A stretch of DNA of 64,000 bases, from contig CAWHWQ010000004.1 of assembly GCA_963833095.1 (NCBI GenBank), positions 128,001-192,000 of the forward strand, given 5' to 3'. Below, piece by piece: positions 1 through 10,258 of this stretch. Position numbers and translations under genes: made by a program. Below the pieces are notes generated by a model. That model had not been told where the DNA came from. It saw only the letters and a list, made by a program, of their open reading frames with translations, and searched no databases. This stretch comes from Vulcanimicrobiota bacterium (lineage in GTDB: Bacteria; Vulcanimicrobiota; Vulcanimicrobiia; Vulcanimicrobiales; Vulcanimicrobiaceae). Positions within the stretch are counted from its first letter, which is position 1; each line of letters starts with the position of its first letter.

Positions 1-189
1 ACGCCACCGCCCCGGCTGAGATCAGTGCTTAGAGCTCAGCCTAGAGATCTCGCTGACGTGCGCGTTTAGCTGCCGGCCAAGTAGATCGGCAGGGTATCGA
101 TCAAGGCAGATACTGCTCCAACGCTAGCCTCCTGAAATCTACCAGATGTATCGACTCGCTCAAGGCTCCCGGTATGTTCGAGCACGGAC

Positions 190-1643
190 TCACGCTCGCT
201 CGGCTTGGACTGCAATGGCGCGCGCCAAGCCGCCGAAGATGAACGCATGAAACGGCGCTACCGCATACCAGTAGAGTACACCGAAGAGGCCGCGCGGTTC
301 GAAAAAGGCTGTTTGCGTCAGGCGCGTGGTGCCGTTCTGCAAGGCGTCGGCGTCGAATTCAAGCCACGCGTCACCGGGGAGTTTCATTTCGGCTCGCAGC
401 CGCAACAGGTGGTCCGGCTCGTACGCCTCGACTCGCCAAAAATCCACCGCATCGCCCAATCGGAGATCGGTCTCGCTACGCCGTCCCCGTCGCAACCCAG
501 CGCCTCCCACGGCCGTGTCCATGATGCCGCGCAGCCTCCACAGCCAATTCCCGTGCAGCCAGCCGCGTTGCCCACCGAGTTTCGTAAACACCGACGCAAG
601 CGCGTGCGGCGACGCCTTGACTACGCGCTCCCGCCGATCGATAAGCATGCCCTCGCGAACGCCGGAGAAATTCGCTGGAAGTGCCGCGAACGTCGAACGC
701 ATCGAACCACGTCGTTTCAGCACCACTGTCACGATCCAGAGCGCGCGTTACGGCACGGTCGAAGCCTTCGGGGACGATCTGCGGAAAATCCGCGGCCGCG
801 GCACCGTCACGGACGATAACCTCGTTTCTCAATCCAAGGATTAGTGGCTGGGCAAGCCGCGCGGAGATCGGTGGTGACGACGTGCACCCAATATGATGAG
901 AGTCGTGGTGTGAAAAAGGGAACGATAATGATGCGGCGCTTAAGATGGCGCAGACGCGCGTAGCGTAGCATCATGTCTCGATACGTGATCACGTCCGCTC
1001 CGCCTATCTCGTAGACTTTTGGCTCTTCCGAGGGAAGGCCGAGTGCCGCAATGAGGTAGAGAAGGACGTCGCGAACGGCGATCGGTTGCGAGAGCGTCGT
1101 CACCCAGCGAGGCGCGATCATCACCGGCAGGCGTTCCGCGAGATAGCGCATCATTTCGAAGGAGATGCTGCCGCTGCCGATGATCATCGCCGCGCGAAAC
1201 TCGATGCACTGCACGCCGCTCGCGCGCAAGATATCGCCGACTTCGTGCCGGCTGCGCAAATGATGCGAGAGCTCCACGTTGTCGGTTCCGAGACCACCGA
1301 GGTAGATGATGCGCTGCACGTGGCATTCGCGAGCGACTTGTGCAAAAAGGCTAGCAGCAGCGCGATCGCGCTGTTCGAACTCGCGCGAGTCGCTCATGGA
1401 ATGGACGAGATAGTAGGCGGCGTCGATACCTTCACACGCTGCGCGCAGGCTCTGCTTGTCAAAAGCGTCGCCTTCGACGATCTCGGCGTGAGGAAACCGG
1501 CCATCGAGGCGCTTGGCATTGCGAGCCATGCAGCGCACATTGTATCCGGCTTCGAGGAGACGCGGAATCAGGCGCCCCCCGATGTAGCCGGTCGCGCCGG
1601 TCACCAGAATCAGCCGCGTCGAGGTTGGTTGTTGGGACAGCAC
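190..1643 (-). pseudogene. YbjT-like NAD-dependent epimerase/SDR with C-terminal DUF2867, split by two +1 frameshifts (~870, ~685)
   Basis: N-terminal TGATGYIGG motif (ORF 807..1643). Removing one base near 870 gives VTPISARLAQPLILGLRNE, and one near 685 gives VRALPANFSG, leading into the DUF2867-like GDAVDFWRVE...LRAEMKLPG...QTAFFEPRG. May be an intact gene with assembly indels. Confidence 0.8.
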
Positions 1644-1833
1644 TGACTACTCTCTCTCGATGCCTCGATTTGCTCTGCGCCATCGGGCGTCCGGTCCTTG
1701 ACGTGCGCGAAGCATACCGCGGTTCAGACCAAGCGCGGGATAGCTTAAACCATGACCCGCCGCGAATTATCGCCATGCATAGCCCAACGGTCCGCAGCTT
1801 TACGATGCGAAGATCGATTGCCAGTGGCCCTAG

Positions 1834-2037
1834 CTATTGCCCAACTAGTGCGCGAAGCAGCCATCTCGCATGCAGCGTCAAGAGCGCCGCGCATCCCATG
1901 AGAAAGAACAGTACCGCAGTGCCCTTCATCAAAACTTCCAGAACTGCGGGAGACTGGAAGCCTGGAATCCTGATCATCGACCCGAAAACTTGGTCATCTA
2001 CGCTGTCACTGTACTCAGGCAACGGATGTCTTACCAA
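1834..2037 (-). CDS. small hypothetical membrane protein (67 aa)
   Basis: TTG start 8 nt after GAGGAG; one hydrophobic C-terminal segment; no recognisable family. Confidence 0.35.
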   Translation of the reverse strand: MVRHPLPEYSDSVDDQVFGSMIRIPGFQSPAVLEVLMKGTAVLFFLMGCAALLTLHARWLLRALVGQ

Positions 2038-2208
2038 TGGCTCTTCTCCTCAGATTGGTCTAAGGCTTTTGAAACTGGCGACGGTACGAGCACTCCGCTG
2101 CAAAGTGGGTTCGATGAGCTCGCTTTGCCGTTCGTACGTGCCATGCCGCCGGACGTATCCGACCATGCGGGGACACCGCCTTTCGCATCCCCTTGAGAAC
2201 GCGCCGCC

Positions 2209-3201
2209 CTAGGTCGCTGCCATTGATGCTGGGCCGAGCAAGTCGACGCCGGAGACCTTGACGACGGCCTGCCACGCGGCTTCTTGGCTGGCGCGATCGT
2301 GGAGGTGTGGGTGGCGCTGCGCCTCAATTGGGCCTGAGAATTTCCCTTGAGCCGAGGCGAAGAATTGCCCTGAGACGTCGGCTCCGAACCCTGACGCCTG
2401 GAGGTACCGACGGGCCGCCGTCTCCGGCGTCTGATTCATGCCGGGAATGAGGTTCGAGATTGGGATAAACAGATATTTCAACGCCGGGCCAGCGTTTCGC
2501 ACCACCTTGGTGTCGGTCGCCGCGCCGGGTGAGACAGCGTACACGGCCATGCCGGAGGGTAGCCGGCGCGCCAGCGCCGCGACCCACCAAGCGATAATGA
2601 GCTTCGCGTCGGCATACGCCCGGTTGGGCTCGTACTTAACGTTCGGCCCGCTGTACAACAGGGCTTCAATTGCGGCGGTTCGGTCACCATGGTGGTATTT
2701 GGCCGCGAAGGCTGGCACGTCGGTGTAGCTGAACATGGGCACGCCCCCTCGGGCCGGCTCCGCACCGGCGATAACAATCCGCGCATCGGGGCTCAGCAGG
2801 CCGGCGCCGAGCAAGCCGACGGTCAGTTGATGATGGCCGATGAGCGGGGCCTCATGCGCCTCGATACCCGCTGCGGTGATCACGCGCTTCTTACCCCCGA
2901 TCATCCCTGCATTTAGCAGAAGGAAATCGATCGGCTGACCCCGCTTGACCAGCTCGGCGAGGGCGGATTGAACGCTGGTCGGCGCGTCCAGATCCAGCTC
3001 CAGCGGCGTGAAAACCTGTTTCTTGGTCTCAGCCGCGAGTTGAGCGGCCGTTTCCTGGACTCGGGCCAGGCTGCGCCCGGTGACGATGACCTCGCGGTAG
3101 TCCTTTTCGGCGAGCAAGCTGGCTGCCGCATAACCGAGCCCGGAAGTGGTGCCGGTGACGAGGGCGATCGAATGTTCCATGGGCGTCTCCATTATTGCCA
3201 A
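2209..3201 (-). CDS. short-chain dehydrogenase/reductase (retinol-DH/protochlorophyllide reductase-like)
   Basis: TGTTSGLG, LNAG and YADAK motifs. Confidence 0.85.
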   Translation of the reverse strand: MAIMETPMEHSIALVTGTTSGLGYAAASLLAEKDYREVIVTGRSLARVQETAAQLAAETKKQVFTPLELDLDAPTSVQSALAELVKRGQPIDFLLLNAGMIGGKKRVITAAGIEAHEAPLIGHHQLTVGLLGAGLLSPDARIVIAGAEPARGGVPMFSYTDVPAFAAKYHHGDRTAAIEALLYSGPNVKYEPNRAYADAKLIIAWWVAALARRLPSGMAVYAVSPGAATDTKVVRNAGPALKYLFIPISNLIPGMNQTPETAARRYLQASGFGADVSGQFFASAQGKFSGPIEAQRHPHLHDRASQEAAWQAVVKVSGVDLLGPASMAAT

Positions 3202-3261
3202 TTTCGAACCTTTCCGTACTATAATGGATCAGATGACCAAGGGCAAGGAATTTCGAACTAA

Positions 3262-3867
3262 ATGATTCAAAAAGCGGCCAGGCCGCGTGGCCGGCCGCGC
3301 AGCTTCAACGAGAGCGCCGCGCTGGAAAAAGCGATCCACGTCTTCTGGTCTAAGGGCTACGACCGAGTGACGGTCGACGATCTGGTCGCCGGGATGGGAG
3401 TCGGGCGACCAAGCCTGTATTCAATTTTTGGGTCCAAGCGGAGCATATTCTTGCGTGTCCTCCAGGCGTACGCCGACAGGAAGGGCGCTGTCTCCGCGAA
3501 GGCACTGCTCTCGCCGAAGGCTCTGCGCGATTCGCTGGTCGCCTTCCTAAAGCACGAAGTAGAAACTGCGACCGAAAAAGGATCCGCCCCGGGATGTCTT
3601 CTCTTGTGCGTCGCGCCGCTCGTGGACGATGCTGAGGTTCGGCAGTTTTTGCAAAACGCGGAGCATGGCGCCTTGGCGCTAGTGGAAAGCCGTTTTCGCG
3701 ACGCGATCAGCGCGGGAGAAATCGCATCGGACTTTCCAGTCGCCGCGCGCGCGAGCCAGGTCCTCGACCTTGTCCGCGGTCTGACGATGCGTGCACGGAT
3801 GGGCACATCGCGCAAAAAGCTCCTCAATGACGCCAAGGAAGCGGCCGACTTGGTACTCTTGCAATGA
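3262..3867 (+). CDS. TetR/AcrR family regulator
   Basis: RGRPRSF...FWSKGY...GVGRPSLYSIFGSK HTH and GCLL motif; divergent from the SDR. Confidence 0.9.
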   Translation: MIQKAARPRGRPRSFNESAALEKAIHVFWSKGYDRVTVDDLVAGMGVGRPSLYSIFGSKRSIFLRVLQAYADRKGAVSAKALLSPKALRDSLVAFLKHEVETATEKGSAPGCLLLCVAPLVDDAEVRQFLQNAEHGALALVESRFRDAISAGEIASDFPVAARASQVLDLVRGLTMRARMGTSRKKLLNDAKEAADLVLLQ

Positions 3868-4622
3868 GCGCGCGCGGAGACTGCAGCGGCGACGCGATCC
3901 TCCTTGCGGGCGCCACCGGCCGCATCGGCGCCGCGACGCTGACGGCCCTGGTCCGCGAAGGCGCGCGAGTCGTGGTCATCTCGCGCGACCGGGCGCGCGC
4001 ACTGGCGACGATCGACGCAGCCCTCTCGCCCGAAGCGCGAGCCGGCGCCCACGCGATCGAAGCCGATCTGTCAAATCCCGACGATGCTGAACGGGCCGTT
4101 TCCGCGACGGTCGCGCGGTTCGGCCGGATCGACGCACTGGTCAATCTCGCCGGCAGCGGGTTCGGGCAAATTACCTTTGCTGAATCGTCGCTGAGCGATC
4201 TGCGAGGGAATCTTGATTCATTCGTGGTGACGGCGTACACGATTGCGTCTGCTGCCGTGCGCGCGATGCTCGCGCAAGCATATCGCGAAGGCGCGCGTTC
4301 GCGCGGGCGGATCGTGACGGTGACCGCCGGCTCCTCGAAGGATCCCGCGCCCGGCCGCGCCCTCTTCGGTGCCGCCAAGGCGGCGGTGAACACGTTGATG
4401 CTCGGCGTTGCGCGCGATCATAAGGGCGACGGCATTGTAGCCAACGCCGTAGTGCTCGGGGGCGTTGCGTTCGCGGGCGCCCAGGCCTATCGCAGCCCTG
4501 AGGAGTTTGCTGAAGCCGCCGCGCCAGAAGAAGTCGCAGAGGTGCTGACGTTCCTCGCATCCGAACGCGCCACCGGGATTAACGGCGCGCTCATCGATCT
4601 CAACGCGCGCGAGACGGACTAG
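3864..4622 (+). CDS. SDR family oxidoreductase (catalytic Tyr replaced by Phe)
   Basis: GATGRIG, FGRIDALVNLAG and FGAAK motifs; ATGA overlap with tetR. Confidence 0.8.
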   Translation: MSARGDCSGDAILLAGATGRIGAATLTALVREGARVVVISRDRARALATIDAALSPEARAGAHAIEADLSNPDDAERAVSATVARFGRIDALVNLAGSGFGQITFAESSLSDLRGNLDSFVVTAYTIASAAVRAMLAQAYREGARSRGRIVTVTAGSSKDPAPGRALFGAAKAAVNTLMLGVARDHKGDGIVANAVVLGGVAFAGAQAYRSPEEFAEAAAPEEVAEVLTFLASERATGINGALIDLNARETD

Positions 4623-6033
4623 ACTTCTCAAGCCCTACGTGGCGCACAATAGTTAACGGTGGCTGTTTCCACTCGCCGTCTAATATCGATTCTTTCGGCC
4701 AATACAAACGCATGAGTATGAAGAACGGGCCGGCGGGGGCGGGTAGCCAGTTGGACTCCTTACCTTTTCCGGGCGAACTGTTCCCGACGTACAAGGTTAG
4801 GCCGCCGTCGGCATCGCGCTTCAGGGTCGGAAGCATTGGCGAATTTATGAGATATCGCTTAAGCGGATTTGCGACAAGGAGTTGTTTAGGCAGGTTGTAC
4901 ATCGTCAGTGACCAGAACGCGTTGACTGGCGGAAGATTACCCTTTGCGAAACGAATAGAGTAATTCTTCGCACCGTCGAGCGGTACTCCGTTGGAATCTT
5001 TTGAGTAGTTGAGATACGTTGCCTCTGCGGCGTCGTTTGCAAAGATGCCCCACTGTGCGCCCAAAGCCCGATTCAGGTAGTTCGTCCCCATTTTCTGAGG
5101 GGAACCGAAGAGATCCGCCGTGGTCGTCATATGCGCGCGAGCAACATCGATCGTTTTTTGCCCCGCTGCCATGCCGGCCACATATGCACTCGTCTGAGGC
5201 CCGGCGTCGAATGTCTTACCTGGAACAATTCCAATGCTCGCGAAGTCTTTTCTGAGCGTCATTTCGCTGCTTCGGGTCGGCGCGAATTGCAAAACGAATG
5301 CGAGAACATTAAAGAATGCCGGCGACGTCCTTTCTTCGGTTGCACTCAGTGCGGGAATCCATCTCACGACAGGAGCGGGCGGCGGTGCTGCTGTCCGAAC
5401 GTACGCCGAGAGCGGCTCGACGGCGTATCCAGCTTGAATCTTCCTCACGTTGTCGAGATCGGATGCACCCAAAAGCTGCGTCCGAATCGCTACCACGCCA
5501 AATTGCGTATCGAAGCGAATCACTTTGGTGATGCTGCTTGGAGCGGTGCCATGCCAACTGGGCCCCGTAACCAAAATCTTGCTGCCGCCATTTCCCGTCG
5601 TCCGAGTCCCAGCGTAACCAACGTTAAACGTGTACTGATCGATGAATTGCATCGAATAATACCGGTTCTTCCCAATCGGCGGCATTGTCACTACGAGCGG
5701 CTCGGCGCGCATGTCGAGGCCAATATATCCGTACGGCGTGTCCGAGTTCGGCGTCTGAATCGTCGTGTCGGCTGGGGTATAGACGTTTGATTCGCTGTAG
5801 ATTTTGTTGAATGGGACCTTGAACACCGGACTCTTCGGATAAATGAAATAGGCGAACATAACGCGGTACATATCTACGATCGGAAAACCGTAAACGTACG
5901 CCTGATCGGCGATCGCTTGCGTTTGGGACGCCGGCGCCGACTTCGCGGGTCCTCCCGATAGTAATGCCGCGAACGACAGCGCTGCGACGAGAGCTACGAC
6001 CGTCGTCCGGCGCGCGATCCGTGGATTTGACAC
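4600..6033 (-). CDS. exported DUF1254/DUF1214 domain protein
   Basis: Signal peptide; AYVYGFP, TPNSDTPY, FWSLTMY, NWLPAP and RLYWP motifs. Confidence 0.88.
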   Translation of the reverse strand: MSNPRIARRTTVVALVAALSFAALLSGGPAKSAPASQTQAIADQAYVYGFPIVDMYRVMFAYFIYPKSPVFKVPFNKIYSESNVYTPADTTIQTPNSDTPYGYIGLDMRAEPLVVTMPPIGKNRYYSMQFIDQYTFNVGYAGTRTTGNGGSKILVTGPSWHGTAPSSITKVIRFDTQFGVVAIRTQLLGASDLDNVRKIQAGYAVEPLSAYVRTAAPPPAPVVRWIPALSATEERTSPAFFNVLAFVLQFAPTRSSEMTLRKDFASIGIVPGKTFDAGPQTSAYVAGMAAGQKTIDVARAHMTTTADLFGSPQKMGTNYLNRALGAQWGIFANDAAEATYLNYSKDSNGVPLDGAKNYSIRFAKGNLPPVNAFWSLTMYNLPKQLLVANPLKRYLINSPMLPTLKRDADGGLTLYVGNSSPGKGKESNWLPAPAGPFFILMRLYWPKESILDGEWKQPPLTIVRHVGLEKSSPSRAR

Positions 6034-6072
6034 GTGAATGGCTCCTTTTTAGCGTTCTCTCGTTGCGATCGT

Positions 6073-7464
6073 CTATTGCGTGACGGTCATCGGCGGCTGC
6101 TTCCACACCCCGCTTAAGGCCGAAGCTTTCGGCGAGTAGATACGGAGAATGACAAAGAACTGGCCGGCAGGCGCAGGAAGCCAGTTGGACTCCTTGTCTT
6201 TGCCGGGTGAAGCGTTTTGGACGTACACGGTTAAGCCGCCGTCCGCGTCGCGCTTGAGGTTTGGGAGCATCGGCGAGTTAATCAGGTAACGATTGATCGG
6301 ATTCGCGACGAGCAGCTGCTGCGGCAGATCGTACATCGTCATCGACCAAAATGCATTGGCCGGTGGAAGTTCGCCCTTCGCATAATGCACCGTGTATTTG
6401 TTCGTACCGACGAGCGGACCGCTCGAGGTGTGTGTCCACACGAGGTACAGGGCTTCCGTTGCCGTGTTTCCCAGAATGCCGTACTGCGCGGCCATCGCAC
6501 GAGTTAAATAGTTATTGTGCATTTCTTCGGGCGTTCCGAAGAACCCGGCCGAACTTGTGGCGGCAGCGCGGGCGACGTCAATCGCTTTCTGCCCAGCCGT
6601 CATTCCGGCCAGATATGCCGCTGTTTGCGATCCCGAATTAAACGGTTTTCCCGGGGAGATTCCGATGCTAGCAAAACTCTGTCGAAGCGCCACTTCGCTC
6701 GATCGCGTCGGGCAGAATTGCAGAATATAGGCCAGTAGACTGAAGAATTGCGTTGGCGACGATCGTTCTTCTGAAGGCGTGAGTGCGGGGAGCCAGTGTA
6801 CCTTTGGCGCGGCCGCCGGTGCAGCGGTGTGCGCATATGAAGACAGGGTTTGAGCCGCATAGCCTGCCTGAATTTTCTTGACGTTCGCGAGATCAGAAGG
6901 CCCAAACAGCTGCGTGCGGATGAACGTTAATCCGAAGTCTGTGTCAAAACGAATGACTTTCTTGATACCGCTCGGTACCGTGCCGTGCCAATTTGGCCCA
7001 ATGATCAGGAAGGCTCCACCGCCGTTACCCGTCGTGCGCGTACCGACGTATGCGATGTTGAAAGTGTACTCATCGACAAACTGCACGGAATAATATCGGT
7101 TGCTCTGGATCGGCGGCAGCGTCAGAACCACCGGCTCGGCGCGCAAGTCGAGCCCCACGTACGAGTACGGTGTGTCCGAGTTCGGCGTCTGAATCGTTGT
7201 GTCGGCCGGTGTGTAGACGTTTGCCGTGTTGTAGAGCGTGTTGAAGGGGGCCTTATAGGCCGGATTTTTCGGATCGACAAAATATCCGTACATGATCCGA
7301 TACAAGTCGACCATAGGAAAGCCGTAGATATACGCTTGTTCGGCGACCTTACTTGTTTGTGCGGCAGCCGCATTTTGGGCTCGCGCAATTGGCATAGCTA
7401 TTGCAGCCGAGAGCGCGATTGTACCCGCGATTGTCGCGATAAGTCTAACCTTGCAGCCATGCAT
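6073..7464 (-). CDS. exported DUF1254/DUF1214 domain protein (tandem paralog)
   Basis: Same motifs as the neighbour: AYIYGFP, TPNSDTPY, FWSMTMY, NWLPAP. Confidence 0.88.
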   Translation of the reverse strand: MHGCKVRLIATIAGTIALSAAIAMPIARAQNAAAAQTSKVAEQAYIYGFPMVDLYRIMYGYFVDPKNPAYKAPFNTLYNTANVYTPADTTIQTPNSDTPYSYVGLDLRAEPVVLTLPPIQSNRYYSVQFVDEYTFNIAYVGTRTTGNGGGAFLIIGPNWHGTVPSGIKKVIRFDTDFGLTFIRTQLFGPSDLANVKKIQAGYAAQTLSSYAHTAAPAAAPKVHWLPALTPSEERSSPTQFFSLLAYILQFCPTRSSEVALRQSFASIGISPGKPFNSGSQTAAYLAGMTAGQKAIDVARAAATSSAGFFGTPEEMHNNYLTRAMAAQYGILGNTATEALYLVWTHTSSGPLVGTNKYTVHYAKGELPPANAFWSMTMYDLPQQLLVANPINRYLINSPMLPNLKRDADGGLTVYVQNASPGKDKESNWLPAPAGQFFVILRIYSPKASALSGVWKQPPMTVTQ

Positions 7465-7783
7465 TAGCTATTGGGCCTCCTTGAGTAATTCGGGGACCCC
7501 AATCCCGCGCTCGACAGCGACGGAGTTGGCGGATTCTGCGTACCAGCGGTCAAAAAGCGTACAGCAAAACCTCTTGTCGAACACTCCAAGAATCGCATTG
7601 GTGGGTAGATTGGCGAAATAGCCCGCTCGATCAGACGAACGGTCAGCCCGAGGCCGCTGCCGCTGGCGACCTTCTTCACCTCCCGGTTTTGGCTAGTTGT
7701 CGGCCGACGGCACGCGGGACGTTTTGTCCTTGCGTATAAGGGGATGGTGACGCCCATGAGCGCACCCGCTGAAAGGGGACCTT

Positions 7784-8054
7784 ATGAAAAAAGCGTTTTT
7801 CGTGCTGCTAAGCCTGGTTATTCCGCTGGCCTGGAACGCTCCAGCCCCGCTACGTGAAGGCGGGCGCGAACTTCGCCGGCTCGGTCGATTGGAGCGACGA
7901 CAAAGTACGCGCTGAAGTGACTCGCAACACCTACTGCACCGGCGGACACATCGTGGACGTCGAGGTCGCCTATCACGACGCAAGCACGGTCCCGCACGTG
8001 CAGCGTACGGCGACCTTGCAAAGTGATAGCCGCTTTTACATCACTATCCGCTGA
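7784..8054 (+). pseudogene. internally deleted small exported protein, paralog of 31109..31489
   Basis: AAGGGG RBS + MKKAFFVLLSLVIPLAWNA signal peptide in one frame; QPRYVKAG...KVRAEV...C in another frame matches PRNVKPG...KVRAEV...C of 31109. Confidence 0.6.
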
Positions 8055-8151
8055 GTACCGGCTCGATATTCTCTAATCTTGTCCTCGGAAAGCTCTCCGC
8101 CGCTTGTCCGAAATCGCTCGTACACTAAGCGTGAAAGTGAGGTAGGCGGAG

Positions 8152-8298
8152 ATGAATGGCTTGATGGTTTTCAACAGTTTGAGCGAGGCGATCCACTACG
8201 GCTTTCAGGTCTGCGGAGAGTGCCCGGACGGCTACCTCGTGCGAACGCGTACGGAGCGCGGCTGGGCGATGGCCATCGCGCGCGCCTCGGGCCTCTAA
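8152..8298 (+). CDS. small hypothetical protein, 48 aa (not in ORF track)
   Basis: Translated by hand: MNGLMVFNSLSEAIHYGFQVCGECPDGYLVRTRTERGWAMAIARASGL; GAGGT/GGAG upstream; stop overlaps the convergent gene's stop. Confidence 0.65.
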   Translation: MNGLMVFNSLSEAIHYGFQVCGECPDGYLVRTRTERGWAMAIARASGL

Positions 8299-9309
8299 CT
8301 CGCAAAGAGCTGGGCCAGCGCCGGATCCATCGCTTCTTCTGAAACCTCGACGGCGTCAGCGCCGAAGTTGTTGAGCGTGCCGCGTTTGTAGTTAGCGGTT
8401 CCCAGGGCCTTCGCAAGGACAACGCCACTGCAGCCGACGACGTCGAGGCGCAGTTCGGCATACGAATCGCCGTGAAAGCTGGATTGTTCGATTCGCAGAG
8501 CCGGAACGATGATCGCGCTCGCACCCGCAGCCGAGCAAAGTGATTGCGCGGTAGCGATGACGGTCAGGCGATCCATCGGCGCTGCGGCCGTCGCGGTGAT
8601 CTTTCGCATCTCGAGCTTGTCCATGAACGAGTGCATGATCTCCTCGGCGTGCGGATCGGCGAGTCCGGGCTGCGCGAACGGCACGACGAGGTATTTTGCC
8701 GCTGGGTCCAAGTGCGCGACCGATGCCGGCGGGGCCGCCGCTGGGCTCGCCGGAGGATAGTCGGCAATCGTGGCTTGCGCGAATGCAGAGGTTGCATCAC
8801 CGATCGCGCCGTTGAAAGCATCGTCGACCACGGCTTGAAGGTTGGAGCTGGAGAAACCCGAGGTGTTGCGGTCCGCGGTCGTCGTCTTCGACCAATGGAC
8901 GATCCCATCGCAGCCGATTTCGTCGAGACGGAACTCCACGTGAGTCGGGTATCGAATGACCGTCGTAAGAACCGCATAAACCGACTTCATGGTTTGCTCA
9001 TCTCGTCCCTCGGCGATGAGGAGCCCGTCCGCGTGGTATTGCGCGCACAACGACCCAGCCTGTTGCACCGCTTCGAGATGATCGATCGGCGCTCGCCGTC
9101 GTTACCGTCACGTGCGCGGCTTGAAGATCTTTGGTGAGATCGCTCATGACGGCGCTCGCATGCTCATCTTTGCCATCCGGCTGATCGTAGGGAATCAGCA
9201 CGTAGGTTTTTCCCGGCGCTGCCGGCGCGGGCGTTTGCGCGTCGGCGTTTGCAACGCCGGCGATCGCGAGGGCAAATGCAAATAGCACGAACTTCAACAT
9301 GAACCTCAT
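8295..9309 (-). pseudogene. exported protein with two repeated alpha/beta domains, +1 frameshift at ~9090
   Basis: Signal peptide in ORF 8998..9366 joins ORF 8295..9068 (ASPIDHLEAVQQAGSLC) after removing one base; the two halves align (YVLIPYDQP/YLVVPFAQP; RLDEIGCDG/RLDVVGCSG). Confidence 0.7.
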
Positions 9310-9399
9310 CTTTCGACATCGACCTGACAGCGGCCTGACATCGGCCTCGAGCGCACTTTTTACCAAGACCGAAGACGGCGCAATGCTATACTAAACGCA

Positions 9400-10245
9400 A
9401 TGCGCCCCCATCCCCAGCCGGTCACACACCGGCGAAACGAGGCCCTGCGGTACTGGCGACACCATGACCTTGGTGAAGCGACGCTCGTTGAAGCGCGATA
9501 TGGCCCGTTTACTTGGGAGAAGCACGTTCACGACGAGCAAGTCGTCGTGCTCTCGGAGTCGGGCGCGGGCGAAGTACAGACTTCTCGTGGTCGAGAGATC
9601 GGCGGCTCGGGTACGATCTGGGTCTTCGCTCCGGGTGAGTATCACCAGGGAAAAGTAGCGGACGGACGCAGCTGGCACTACCGTGCACTGTACCTCGAGG
9701 GCGGCGCGCTTGATGTCATTGCAAACCAGCTTGGAACGTCTTGCGGCGGCCGTTTGCTCAGGCCCGGCTTACACCATGATCCTTGGCTAGCGCAGATGCT
9801 GCTGCGAGCTCATGCATCGGACGGCGCCGATACGGCGGCTGAACAAGTTGCCTGGAACGACGCATTACGCGCGCTCTTTGCGCGTTACGGCGACCCAAGA
9901 CGTGTGCCCGCGGCGGGCGGCGGCAATCGCGCCGGCATGAAACTCGCTCGCGATTATATCGGCGAGCACTTTCGCGACGATATTTCCGTCGAGGACTTGG
10001 CACGTTTGGTCAACGTGAGCCGCTATCACTTCATTCGCGCATTTCGGCTCGAATATGGAATGCCGCCTCACGCGTATCTCAATCAGGTACGGCTGCAAAA
10101 AGCGCGCCGAATGCTTCTCGCCGGCGCAACTGCGGCGAAGGCCGCTGCTGCGAGCGGATTCTACGACCAGAGCCGCCTCAATCATTTATTCAAGCGCGTC
10201 TATGGCGTAACGCCGGCGCGATACGCGCACCTCATCAATTTGTAG
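9400..10245 (+). CDS. AraC family regulator
   Basis: Cupin HVHDE motif; C-terminal LARLVNVSRYHFIRAF...GFYDQS; TG-C-TATACT 7 nt upstream of ATG. Confidence 0.92.
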   Translation: MRPHPQPVTHRRNEALRYWRHHDLGEATLVEARYGPFTWEKHVHDEQVVVLSESGAGEVQTSRGREIGGSGTIWVFAPGEYHQGKVADGRSWHYRALYLEGGALDVIANQLGTSCGGRLLRPGLHHDPWLAQMLLRAHASDGADTAAEQVAWNDALRALFARYGDPRRVPAAGGGNRAGMKLARDYIGEHFRDDISVEDLARLVNVSRYHFIRAFRLEYGMPPHAYLNQVRLQKARRMLLAGATAAKAAAASGFYDQSRLNHLFKRVYGVTPARYAHLINL

Positions 10246-10258
10246 CGAAGGATAACGA

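Noticed and set aside
14..41. Hairpin GGCTGAG...CTCAGCC as ncRNA or terminator
   Set aside because: 7-bp stem with a long loop and no U-tract; at the window edge with no other support
1625..2212. 195-aa plus-strand ORF
   Set aside because: No motifs, atypical composition, and overlaps opposite-strand genes
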